From assembly GCF_018977255.1 (NCBI RefSeq), contig NW_024704743.1, positions 23,004,001 through 23,068,000 of the forward strand: a DNA stretch of 64,000 nt, read 5' to 3'. The notes under the pieces are model-generated. The model searched no databases, was not told the DNA's origin, and was given only the letters and a program-made list of their open reading frames with translations. Of this stretch, positions 38,141-50,516 are shown piece after piece. The position numbers and the translations under genes are program-made. This stretch comes from Callorhinchus milii. Lineage: Eukaryota. The first letter of the stretch is position 1. Each line of letters starts with the position of its first letter.

Positions 38141-40729
38141 TATAATATCTCTATGTGTTTGGTTACTACTATGTATTGTATTCTCTTTTGTCTCGGAGGT
38201 TTGCAACGCAACCAGCAGACAAATTGTTGAGGTAGAAGAAAGCACGGACATCATTCTGTTAAACAGGTTAGCTTTACTACCTGAATCACAATCCACCATC
38301 TACGTACAGTACTAGCAACAATCCACATATAGTATAATAATAATAATATTAATCCTTGCATTTGATATAGTGCCTTATCACATCTTCGAGATGTCTCAAA
38401 GTACTTCACCGAATACACTGCAAAAGTGAATTGACTGTATATTTCACTTACACAAACACCTGGTCTCTAGCTGTGGAAGATAAGGAGATTTGATTTCAAG
38501 TAGAACTGGTGGATTATTTTACAGTATTTTACACTGGTTAACTGGACTATTGTCTCCTAACCTGAGGTGTTACCCAGAGCTATCACACTGAGCCGATTCT
38601 GAACTTTTGGGCTCCACTCATGGTCTGTGTCCAGCTAAATAGACCATGTGGAGATGGTCCTGTTAATGAGCCCACAATATGGTACTGCTGCTTCTGGGTG
38701 AAGAGTGGAGAGCAAGAGACTTGAGTTTGGGCTTGTGAGAGCTTTTTACTGCCTCAGGTCTAGCCACTCACTACCTGACCTCCCCACATTCTTGATTTGC
38801 CAGCGATTAGCCAGAGATTGCTTTCTGTCACTCCATCCCCTAAGGTTACAGATCACTCACTCCAGCTTTCCTCTTTGGTCAACCCCCAAAGATGGCAATG
38901 GGTCAGCAGTCATCTTGCTAGCAAGTGAACAAGCAGTACTGAATGAATTGATAGGTATCTTGGGCCTAGGAAAGCCTCTCACATACTCTTCACATACTGT
39001 TACAGTATCTGAAGAGATTCGGAATTGATTCCCGCAGCAAAACTGCCTACCCAGCATTGTAAATAGTTTTGTATCATATACCCATTTACATTTCGACCAG
39101 TCCTTTCTGCAGCCAAAAGGATATTGGGAGACACAGTCACTTCTCTCTTGGCTACTGTGTCAGGTTGCTAAGGGTCTTTGTGCAGGCATGTGGGTCCCTT
39201 CTGCTCTGTCTTAATTATTTTTGTGGACTTTTACCCCCACTTAGGACAGTAGATGGTATTTGAGAAGAGAGTTTTCTTGTCCGACTGCTTTTGATGGCCT
39301 TTTCTTGCTGGCTAATGTTAGGTATAGTTACACACTGTCCCCAGTGCGCTGCAGTACTTTGCCAACCGCTTGTATATGAGTCTAGATGTTAGTGTTGGCA
39401 GGTGGTCCTGTTTAGTCCTTGACTGATGTAAACACACAAGCACACTGGAGTGGGGAATCCAAGTGCCTTTTTTTTCTCTTCCTACTGCAAATCTAACTGT
39501 AGTGCCCTATAATGACACAACAGCTGAGGTATGGTGATGGTGCATGGAATGGGGATCAAACCTGGAACAGCATTTTTGGGCAGTTTCACACTGTGAGGTG
39601 GATTTCCTGACTGCGGAATTACTCTTTCAGTTTCACACCGTGTTTTCCCAAAACTGTCGCATTCTTTAATGTGCCCAGATACCTTAATGGTGATTTGCAT
39701 GCATTTCCATTCTTTTGCAACCAATGTTTCATTATCAAAAGTCAGGATTATTTTTCATCTGTTGCTAAATTGATGGATTTGCATGATTATAATTTGCATT
39801 TCATTGGATGGATTCATTTACCACCAGCAGTGAATCATGACCCCAAAACATCAGTGGCACGATTTGCATTTGTGTTCGTGCAATAATTGGGTGTTAATGC
39901 CTCATATTTATCACACAAGAAATGTGCCTAGAATAATTTTTATAACACAATTTTACAACAATAAATCCTCACCCTTTCTTTAGCATTCTGAGCAGACTTG
40001 TCAGTTTCTTATTTTGCCACGGTTCCCTTACCTCACCTAGACCGCCCAACCAGGATGGTAAACACAGACCTCCTTGATCTTCACCAATCCTGTTGTCAAC
40101 CCCCAAGATCACAAGACAGGTTTGGATGAAGAAAGCCCTTTGGCCTATTTTCATGTCGTCCAAAGTTCATAAGGACAGAACAGTAACAATTATCTCCTTC
40201 TGGTTTACCTTATAATTATAATACTGTTTGCATTTGCAATAGTGCCTTTCATGTTGGAAAGACATCTCAAAGTGCTTCACAGGGTTCACTGTAAGACATA
40301 GTGACTGTGTATTTTGTAGGTGAGTATTCTTCTCTATGGGAATCTGCTCAGTGTCTGCCTTCAGTACTGGCGCTAAGATTGACAGCTCAGCATTCTTTGA
40401 CACAAACTTGCATCCACAGTACCACACCACCCTGCTCTGATGCTCTGCCATCTAATCATCCAGCTTCTCCACTTTCAATCCAGTTTTTCCAGACAGCGAA
40501 ACACAATTATAACTGTTCTATGAATTTAACCCTGCTGAATTATTCGAAAGGAATGTTTGAAATGGTTAGACTGATGCCACGTAAGCAGAAACTTTATTTC
40601 TATGGACTGACCAATTCTGCTTATTTTCAGGTCATGTACCATTTCTGCTTAACAGAAATTAAATATCACAGTAATAATATCATGGCAGCTGTATTATAGT
40701 GAATTGCAATGTTATAAATCAAGGTCTTG

Positions 40730-41075
40730 TTAATATTAATCTTTACATTTGGTATAGAGCATCTCATATTGGGAGGATGTCTCAGAGAGCTACACAAGGT
40801 ACACTGTAAAGTGTTGTGACTGAGTATTTTGTAGTCAAACACAGCAGCCAATTTGTGAATAGCAAGGATCCACGAACAGCCATAAACAGATGACCCAATT
40901 TATTTGGGGGATTGTTGGCTAGGGAAAACATGCTTCTCTTTTTGAATAGTACCATGAGATGTTTAGCATCCACCTGGACAAGTAGACAGGTTCTCAGTTA
41001 AACGTCTCATCGAAAGGACGGCACCTCCTCCAATGCAGCACAACCCCAGTACAGCAGTCAGCTTAGATTATGTGA
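40730..41075 (-). mobile_element. Deu-domain SINE fragment
   Basis: Revcomp Deu core GGTGCCGTCCTTTCGATGAGACGTTTAACTGAG and tail. Confidence 0.8.
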
Positions 41076-41778
41076 AACAGCACATCCATTTAAAAAAATG
41101 ATGGCCCCATAAGACAGGATCTAAGATAGTGGCTCCGAGCTCTTTCACTGAATTCATTATTCAGGTGTCAGGAGGGTAAAGCAAAGCATAAAGCATATTT
41201 TAATGTCATTCATTAAATAAAGAATGTATTTATGTACACGGGAATTTTGACTCCATTGTTACATATTTGATGATTATAGAAATAAAGCAACAGTACTGAT
41301 CATGCATTTCAAATCCTGCAATCTAAAGGCCAATGTGGATCCCGCATCTCAGGTAGAGAGGGCAACAAACGGTTAAAGCTCGGCTTCATTTTGTGGTTGA
41401 CTTCAGAACATTTTAAATATGCTACAAAATCTCTTTTCTGAACTTATGGCTGTTGTAAGAAGCTTTTTGTTTTTACCTGTCTACAAATGATAGAAAATTA
41501 CTTCAAATTGCTGTTATTTACAGGAGTCTTCCTGTTCTGGATCAGAAGAAACTGTACTGTTTTTGTGCTCCATGGAAATTAACAGTCTGCGTAATGGACA
41601 AGACTGTCCTTTAGCTTTTGTACACAGACACGTTTGTACAGCATTTTGTTTTGTACATAGCACACACATCTTGGTAGCACAGATGTGAAAAGAGACTTTT
41701 GAAATTACTTTATTTATGAAGGTAATATTTATTAATTATAATTTTCTTTGAAAATCAGAAATTTGAGAAACATACTAT

Positions 41779-42075
41779 CAACAACAACAATAAAATTACA
41801 TTTGTAAAGCACCTTTCACGTCGGGAGGATGTCCCAAGGCACAGGACAGACAGAGGTACAGACCCGAGCTGGGGGTTGGGGTGAGGGAGGGTGGAGGGCA
41901 GGGGGTGAAGCAGGGAGATCGAAGGCACGGTCAAAGAGGAGGATCTTGAGGTGGGTCTTAAAGGTGGCGAGGGAGGGGGCGAAACAGAGGTACTGCGGGA
42001 TGGAGTTCCAGAGGGTAGGTGCAGAGTGGCGGAAGGCCCGCCTGCCAATAATGGGGCAAGCGAGACGGGGGAGAA
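41779..42075 (-). mobile_element. L2 LINE 3' end fragment
   Basis: IGRRAFRHSAPTLWNSIPQYL...FKTHLKILLFDRAF; tail GGGACATCCTCCCGACGTGAAAGG. Confidence 0.9.
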
Positions 42076-42091
42076 GGATTGAGGAATTAAG

Positions 42092-42340
42092 GACATTGTG
42101 TTGCAACAACATGACAGCAAGCTCAAACAAACTCTAACAGGACATATGATATCCTTCAATACCCAATCTTATTCCCAAGTGGTGAAGATGGCTATCATTT
42201 CCAGATATGGCAAACAAATCCCATCACTGGAAAGTCAAGGCCTGACAAAAAGTGATCTGCTATGGCTCTTTGTGCGCACACAACATCACAGCACAGACGA
42301 TCACAACATCCTTCTGCGTACAAAAGACATCTACCAATTG
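42092..42340 (+). mobile_element. Helitron Rep/helicase coding remnant (frameshifted)
   Basis: DIVLQQHDSKLKQ / NRTYDILQYPILFPSGEDGYHFQIWQTNPITGKSRPDKK*SAM / DHNILLRTKDIYQ resembles the recalled Helitron block RDIVL...HRSYDALQYPLIF..GEDGYHF...KKVSAM...NHIL. Confidence 0.82.
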
Positions 42341-42606
42341 AATACTGTCAGGTGAGAATCATTCAGCTCCAAGTGACTTGGTGATACGATGGAATTTCAT
42401 ATTGGCCTTTTACCTCTTGGACACGAGTTTTGTCTCCAGCCAGACTGTTGGGTTGAAGATCTTCTCTTTCGCCTGATGTGAAAATCAGACTGATGTGAAA
42501 TTTCCAATGTGAAATCAGTTTAGGCAGTCTCAGTATGAATCTATACTACTGCCCTTAATTTGGCATTAATTGTTAACACTAATAAGAAAAATCCTTGCAT
42601 TTTATA

Positions 42607-42912
42607 TAATAATAATAATAATCCTTGCATTTGATATAGCGCTTTTCACGTCGGGAGGACGTCCCAAAGCTTTAAAGTGAATTGACTGTATATTTGTGGG
42701 CGAACGCGGCAGCCAATTGCGCACAGCAATGTCCCACAAACAGTCGTAGATTGAAAATGACCAATTTATTATTGTTTTTGGTTTTGGAGGGATTATTATT
42801 ATTAGGCGTGTGGAGTAAGGAAACTTGCCCAAGATTTCGCCCTCTGCCTGGAATTCAACTCAGGTCTCTCGCTTGCAAAGCGAGTGCTCTAACCACTGAG
42901 CTACAGGACTCC
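42607..42912 (-). mobile_element. tRNA(Ala)-derived SINE, short young form, nested in an older SINE tail
   Basis: As 35313-35634 but with a small internal deletion near 42670; the host tail ATCCTTGCATTTTATAT|...|AACACCTTATCACG is split around it. Confidence 0.93.
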
Positions 42913-43409
42913 AACACCTTATCACGCCATTGAGATCTCAAAGCGCATCACAGAATATACTGTAAAGTGAATTGACTGTATATTTTGTGTGCGAAACTCA
43001 GCAGCCAATTGTGCAGTGTTAATGTTGTAAAGGGCTCATGTAAGAAATTTTGCACCATTGTGCTCTCTGAGGTTGAGCTAAGGGTCATTTTATGAGATAA
43101 AGGGAAATTTGCTGTTTTTCATCATGGTGCACCACACTTAACATTGAACTGGGAATCTCTCAACTAATTTCCTTACCTTACTGAGAACCAGATTCCTAAA
43201 AAAGTAATGCATCCAGTTTTGTCTCTGACATTATTAGGCACAACAACTTGCATTTATAGAGCACCTTTCATGCAGGATGAATGCTTTGAAGCATTTCTTC
43301 GAGATGTCATAGAATCATGTCATGTCAAGATGCCACTAATCAAGTTGTTCAGGTGACATGTAAGACTGAATATTTGCAATGTTTTGGTCTGTCACAGTCC
43401 ACTCAATGC

Positions 43410-44002
43410 AACATTCAAGCCGCCAAGACCCTCATCCACACATTCATCACAGGCTTTACTACGCTAACTCCCTGTTTGTCGACCTTCCCAACTCTTCCCT
43501 CCACAAGCTGCAATTCATAACCTCTCCTCCACCAAGTGCCACGACCCTATCAACCCCACCTTCGCTCGGGTCCACTGGCTCCTCATGCCGCAGAGGATAG
43601 AGTTCAAAATCTTCGTCCTCACCTTTAAAGTCCTCCACAGCCTTTCTTCTCCCTACCTCCATGGCCTGCTAATCCTCAGCAGCTCCAGCCGGCTCCTCAT
43701 CCCTCACCCTGCCCACCACACTATCGGTGGTAGGGTCTTCAGCCTCTCTGCCCCACCCTTTAGAATTCAATCCCACAGTCTCTTCGCCTTACTCCCTCTC
43801 TTGCCTGCTTCAAGAGACAAGAGCCTCCTCTTCGACCGTGCCTTCAGTCATCATCTTATCCCTACCCTCCCAGGCCTCCATCCCTCCTGATCCCGACTCC
43901 CAGCTCAGGTCTGAAACACTGATTGTCCAGAGGCTTGGGATGTCCTCCCAACGTGAAAAGCCCAATACAAATGTATTTTGTTGTTGTAGTGGTTGTTGTT
44001 GT
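43410..44002 (+). mobile_element. L2 LINE 3' fragment
   Basis: QAAKTLIHTFI, MPQRIEFKIFVLTFK and IGGRVFSLSAP, plus (TTG)n tail. Confidence 0.88.
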
Positions 44003-44674
44003 AAACAGCTCTCAATATAAATGATAAACAAAGAGCACCCCCTCCACCTCTCACCCCCCACCCCCCCCACCGGTCCTGAAATCCTGGAACCTCTGAAGCT
44101 TCATTTTTTCTGAAGTTTCAAACAAACAAGTGCCTCTTTTCATCACATCCACTTTATTTTATTTCTCATCTGTATGGTCTAAATGTGTGATACTGAAGTG
44201 GAGACTGAAAAGGTGCTCAGCATAGTAAAGATTTCATTTCCAATAGAACTTCACTTCCTCTAAGCTTGCCACAGTTTTGATTAGGGTACGAAGATGCTGA
44301 GATAGCTCTCAAAGAATAAATTGATTCCCAGTCCTATCTTGTCACTGCAAACAGAAACAATACGAGTGTGTCCTTGTTTTCCTGGGGCTTTCTTCATCTG
44401 TCAGGCACAGCTTAAGCTTGTCAGCTTGCAGAAAGCATTGGGTATGAAAAATGTGATGTTTATAACAGATTCTAGGTAATAAGTGCTATCTCCAGAGAGA
44501 CAGCTACTGTGGGTCTCTTAGTGGGTAGAACCAGAGGCTCTTAAAACAGCAAGTGTTTTCCGTGCAGATCACACACCTTGCTGACCAAAAAACATTCTAC
44601 TTAAAATCAGAGTTACCTGCATTATGGGTTCCTTGATGTCCTTCTGATCACAGTCAGTCCTCACTCTCAGATAT

Positions 44675-44782
44675 AAAAACTCACTTTCCTCTCTCCATAG
44701 ATGCTGCCTGACCTGCTGAGTATTCCCAGCAACTTCTGCTTTTATTTCAAATTTCCAGCATCTGCAGTATTTTGCTTTTTGT
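44675..44782 (+). repeat. Penelope-like element terminal-repeat fragment
   Basis: AACTCACTTTCCTCTCTCCATAGATGCTGCCTGACCTGCTGAGTATTCCCAGC is nearly the revcomp of 50395-50450, which adjoins a hammerhead-like core. Confidence 0.65.
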
Positions 44783-45840
44783 TTGCATTAATATCCCTGT
44801 TTTACCTCAGCAGAAATGTGACACATTGATACCAGATAATTACTATTGGTAGGCTTAAAGGCTGAGTGGAAAATATTTCTTTGTGTACTAGCATTGACAG
44901 CATGAAGAAATCAAAACAAAATCTCAGACACAGTGAGAAGCAACTAAATTCCAGACGGAAGAAAAAAATTAGAGTGAACCTGCATCAATTAAGATGTATA
45001 ACGTAATTTGGAGAGTAAACGAGAATGATGATCATGAAATAACATCTGAAATTCCTGTAATATTTCAGAATATAAGAAATACTGACAGAAAGAATTAAGA
45101 ACACACGTGTGTTCATTCAATGACAAGAGATTCATTGACAAAACACACACTCCTTATTGTTCAGGTGGATGTTAAAGATCCTATGGTACCATTCAAAAGG
45201 GGCCTTATCACATAGAAACAATGTGAGGTGTTTCTTGGAATTTTATGTAGTGACTGTGTATTTATAGGTGAAAGCGGAAGTCAATTTGTGCACAGTCATA
45301 TCCCACAAACAGGCATGGAGTGAATGACCATTTGTTTTCATCTGAGGGAAGAGGAACTGTTGAGCAGGACTCTCTTCTCTTTTCAAGCAGAGGCTGCAGT
45401 AAGTCCCAAAGCACTATAAGATGAGAATTCAATTGTGACTCTTATATTCCTGGCTTGTCTGTGAGAACAGTCCAGTCACCGGCAGGTAACTAGCGTGGTA
45501 CAACCCAACTCGGGGTCCAGCAAAATCCAAAGCAGTTGGATCAGCTGTTTGAGATGGACTGAGAGCTAAAAGAAGAGCCTGGATATAGAGAGTAACTTCT
45601 GGCTACTAGTGTACTTCTTTACTCAGGATTTCAGAAAAATTATTTCCAGGAAAGGAGGTATCTCACAGCTCCGAATTGTGGCCTCTTCTTTACATTGCAT
45701 TTTTTCTGGACTCTGGATAGCTCATGTAAAAGTAGTGTTGCAGAAAAACACATGCCTGCAGTAGGTCACATCAGCAGTTGAGAGAGAGAGAGAGAGAGTA
45801 ACTGTGAGAGAGAGAGTTTGTGTGTGTATGACCCTTCACC

Positions 45841-46220
45841 AGTCCTGTAGCTTAGTGGTTAGAGCACTCGCCTTGTAATGAGAGGACCTGGGTTTGATTC
45901 CAGGCAAAACAAAACCTTGGGCAAGTTTCCTTACTCCCATGCTTTTGTTCGGCTAGCAGTAAGTAGGAACCCGGTTGTCAGTCGATTGGCAGATCGCTTT
46001 TCAGGGGATAATAATCCCTACAAAAAAAATTAACAGAAATAATAATAATTTGGTCACTCAATCCATGACTGTTTGTGGGACACTGCTGTGCATAGTTGGC
46101 TCCCGTGTTTCGCCTACAAAATATACAGTCAGCTCACTTTACAGTATATTTTGTGAAGTGCTTTGAGACTTCTTGAAGACGTGATAAGGCGCTATATCAA
46201 ATGCAATTATTATTTTTATT
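45841..46220 (+). mobile_element. tRNA-derived SINE, long form, full length
   Basis: AGTCCTGTAGCTTAGTGGTTAGAGCACTCGCC...CCTTGGGCAAGTTTCCTTACTCC...GCAGTAAGTAGGAACCC...GACGTGATAAGGCGCTATATCAAATGCAA. Confidence 0.9.
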
Positions 46221-46839
46221 CTATAGGGTCCACTGTAATGTTCATCTTTTCTGTTCAGAAGCCGATTGACCTGCTGAGTATTTCCACCATTCCTTTCCTA
46301 CACATTTCCTGTGTTCATGCTTTTTTCTTTGTATCTTTTTGAAGGTTGAATTTGTCGTGCCTTCCCAGTGACCCTGGCACAATCTGATCAGCTCAAAGAC
46401 TGCGTCAACAGAAGAATTCAGAGAATGAGGATTATTCTTAGTAATGCCTACACTGCATTGCAAACCGCAAAACCCTTTTGGCAAGAGCCACAAGTAAACA
46501 TTTTCATTGATGAAAGTGTTTGTGAAAGTGAAATGCAGATTAATGAGTCCAATGTGAATACCACACAGAAGAAGGCCATCTGTTTGCGTGGAAAAACAGA
46601 AGCATTAACCGTGCAGAAATGATCCCATTATCATTTATTGTGCCTCAGCTTCCATCATTTGCTGAACAGAAGGTGAAAAAGTGCAAAGCAAATGCAAGCG
46701 AGGGGTTTACTATTGTGCTTTTGGTTCAGCCCATTCTGGCACATTTAATGAGCCTATTAGCAGGATTTCTGTCTTGCTTGTCATAAAATCCAGCAGTTAA
46801 TTATTTTAAAATTTATCATCACTGATAAATATAACAAAA

Positions 46840-47280
46840 TAACGTTTGCATTTGATGTAAGATATTATCGCATCAAAATGTCTCAAAAGTGCTTCACAGA
46901 GGTTTTTCATATAGTGTCGTGTTTGTGTATTTGTAGGCGAACGTGGTAGCCAATTTGCACATAGCAATGGCCACAAACAATCAGCGAATAAAGTGAATGA
47001 CCAATTATTATCTAGTAAATTGTTGGCCAGGAAACCGGGAAAAACTCCCTTCTCTCTCTTCCAGCACCTTGGGACGTCCTCCTGACGTAAAAGGCGTGAT
47101 ATAAATACAATTTATTGTTGTTGGTCTCTTTTTGAATAGTGTTATGGGATCTTTAACGTCCATCTGAATAGTAGGTGGAACCTTGATTTGACGTTCCATC
47201 CGAAGGACAGCATCTCCAACAATGCGGGGTTTTGCCAACAATACACTGAAGTGTCAGTTTAGATTACGAGGCTAAAGTCC
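46840..47280 (-). mobile_element. Deu-domain SINE interrupted by a + strand L2 tail (~47060-47125)
   Basis: Host revcomp Deu core at ~47180-47220; insert CCTTGGGACGTCCTCCTGACGTAAAAGGCG...TTGTTGTTG. Confidence 0.72.
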
Positions 47281-48106
47281 TAAATTCATGAAACTGCAGT
47301 GTACAGTTTTCTCTGATTTCCTGTCTTTTACTCTGAAGGTGACAACTGTGGAAGCTGACCTCACTGAGTCGAAGAAAAAGATGGTAAAAGATGGCAAAGC
47401 ACTGGCTGCAAAATAATCTTTATCCCTTTTGGTGCTGACAAATTTTTCCTGAAATTTTAGTGAACTTTTCGATGCTTTGTAGTTTTACACAAACATATTT
47501 ACAGATTATATGTGTATATAATAAAGACATGGGGCTCATCAATTTGCATTGTACTTTCACAGATATGTTAAATAATGAAAATTCCAGCGATTCCTCCCAA
47601 AAGGCCTTTATTAAATCGCATTATAAACACACATCACCAGAGTCGATAACTACGGACCAGAGAGGACTTTATTCTCACTACTGTCTGGTTTTCACTTCAT
47701 GGCTGTTTTGGGGACTTTGCTGTGTACAAATTGGCTGCCACATTTGCCTACAAAATACCACAACACTTTTGAATATATCCTGTGAACCACTGGGATGTTT
47801 TTCCGATGTGAAAGGTTCTATACCAAATGTAAGGATTATTTATTTAGTCTCAAAGAATGCTATAAGTGCAGGCCTGTGTTTATTTCCACTGGATCAGGAT
47901 CAGTACGTGGCTCTTATGTCAAAATGCTACCCATTTTGCTGATCCTCAAATAACATGACGAATCTTCAGCGTCAGTGACATAGAGGTTGTATACCTGTGT
48001 TATGCTCTTGTCACTAATGTGGGTCCAGTATGCAGGCCTAGAGCTGTGCTCCTATGCTCTAATCTGTGAATACTCAGTAACCACTAAAGGTCTGGTTAGT
48101 CTCTAA

Positions 48107-48214
48107 AGGCGTGTGGAGTAAGGAAACCTGCCTAAAGTTTCGCCCTGCCCGGGAATCGAACCTGGGTCTTCTTGCTTGCGAGGAGAGTGCTCTAAACAAT
48201 ACGCTACAAGACTG
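48107..48214 (-). mobile_element. tRNA-derived SINE head only
   Basis: Revcomp ...GACCCAGGTTCGATTCCCGGGCAGGGCGAAACTTTAGGCAGGTTTCCTTACTCCACACGCCT. Confidence 0.82.
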
Positions 48215-49359
48215 CACACATCATTGCGCTTGATGCTGAACATTTAGTTACGAGGCATGTCAGAGAAATGGTAATGGCACAAGACAGGATGAGCGGTGAG
48301 AATATCCATCCTCTATATGCAATGAAGCGCTTTGAGATGTTTCAATGACGTGATAAGGCGCTATATCAAATGCAAGGATTATTATTATTATTATTGTTGT
48401 CATCAACACCCTTAGGAGATTTGAGATAAGTTGCTATCTTTTTATTACAATCTACCTATGATGGAGAGAGCAATTGCAGGCAAACCTGTCGGATAAACGC
48501 AATGTAAAAGAATGCCCATGTTACACTCTGCAACTAGTAGTAAAGATAACTCAACACCAAAGTTCATCAATTTAATATATTGAACAGATGTCCCAACACT
48601 TCATAAATAAACGTTTCACATGGGTACTCACTGTGACAAATTGGCCATGCAGGTGACTGCATTCAGATGCATTGAGTTTGGTGTACAGTGCTGTCAATGA
48701 CCCTCTAATGCCCCAATGCGTCCATCTGTTCATTCTCTCCATGAGTTACAAAGGCTTATCTCACCATTATACAATGAGCTTTCTGCCTGGGCTTTGGAAA
48801 CAAGCGTTTAAGCTTTACAATCACCTCCGTGATGGTGCACATCGATATTTCAGTCAATAATGACCCGCAATCGTGTGAATGCTTGAATTATCTCCAAGCC
48901 TGCAATTTTCAGTCTGGTACATTGTTATTGAACAAATTGTCACCCGGACAACCCTTTAAATATAACTTGTTCGCCATTTCATCACTTTGCGCAGTGAGAC
49001 GATTGCTAACATTAACATTGTGAGCTGCTGCAGAGATGCTTCAACAATTCCATGCAGCTTTGTTAGCCAATTGCCAAAGCTATAATCATTGGCTGTTGTT
49101 AATTTACCTTGGATTTGCCGTTGTTATTGATCATATTAATGAAGAAGCCTCCAGCTGCCAACACAATTCATCGCAGAGAGAAGATTAACAACAAACGGAG
49201 AGAAAATTGAAAATTTGAGCTATTTAACAGGACTGTACTCTGCTGATTTTTCACTTCAGGATACTACAATGATTCGCCTTATATCATTACCACACCCAGT
49301 TTATATAGCACATTTCTGCATGTTTTACATCTGCCATAGCATTTGTAACAATTCTCTCA

Positions 49360-49940
49360 CACAGGACCATAGGAAATAGGAACAGGAATAGGTCATTTGC
49401 TCCACTTTACCCCACTGTTCTCCCAGATTATCAAATTTTTGCATATTAGTTAATGCCAGTGTCCCATGCTTTCCCATATTCCTTAATACCTCTACAACCT
49501 AAGTATCTGTCTATCACATTTAAACATCTCTATTGGTTCCACCTCTACAGCTTTCTGGGGTAGAGTGTTCCATGTCCTCACAGGTTTCTGTATGAGGAAA
49601 TGCTTCCTGACCTCAATTATAACTGTTCTGATTTTAAACCAAGGCACCCTTGCAATGAATCCCTTTACCAAGGGGAAGAATCATCTTCTGTCACCCATCA
49701 ATTCCTTTCATTATTTTAAATCACCACTTAACCTCCTCTGCTCTATGAATATAACCCCAGTCCAAACACCTTCGGCCCAGGTATTAATCTAGTGAATTGT
49801 TGCTGGACACCCTTCAAGATTAGTATATTTTTCCTAAATTGGATGCAGAGAACTCATCACAATTGTCCAAATTTACCAGTGCTCTGTATAACTGGAAGAG
49901 CCACTTGTTTCTATATTCCAGACCTCTTATAATAAATTCT
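49360..49940 (-). mobile_element. Degraded CR1 LINE 3' fragment
   Basis: CATAGGAAATAGGAACAGGA tail; CTCTACAGCTTTCTGGGGTAGAGTGTTCCA and GAAATGCTTCCTGACCTC parallel 63150-63220. Confidence 0.75.
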
Positions 49941-50394
49941 AATTGGTTTACATTAGAAGACTTCTTTCCCAATTGCCCTGCATTATTAGCACAAGATAGT
50001 ACTACCTACTGGCCGCAGACCATCCTGGTGATCAACTGCAGTTTGTTTCTTAATAGACTTGGAATTATGGCAATAAATAATAATAATTCTTCTATTTGAT
50101 ACAATGCCTTTCACATCAGGAGGACATCCCTAAGTGCTTCACAGGATATACTGTAAAATATCGTCACTATGGTATTTTGTGGGTGAATGAGGCAGCCAAT
50201 TTGTGATGCTCCACAGTCACAAAATTAGTGGCCAATTTTGTTTGGGGATTGTTGACAAAGGCACTAGGAGAAACTCTCTTATCTTTTTTAATTGTGGCAT
50301 GGGGTCTTTAAAGTCCACCTGAACAGGTAAATTGGACCTTAGTTTATCGTTTAACCTGAAATTATGTCCATTCACTTTCAATAAAAAAAGAAGT

Positions 50395-50516
50395 CACTGG
50401 GAACACTCAGCAGGCCAGGCAGCATCTATGGAGAGAGGAAAGTGAGTTAATGTTTCAGGTTAATGACCTTTCGTCAGAACAGACGAAAGTTCATCGAAGT
50501 TTGAAGGTCATCAAAC
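50395..50516 (-). repeat. Penelope-like terminal-repeat fragment with a hammerhead-like core
   Basis: Minus strand GTT-CTGACGA-A-AGGT-CATTA-ACCT-GAAA-CATTAAC followed by CTCTCTCCATAGATGCTGCCTGGCCTGCTGAG. Confidence 0.62.
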
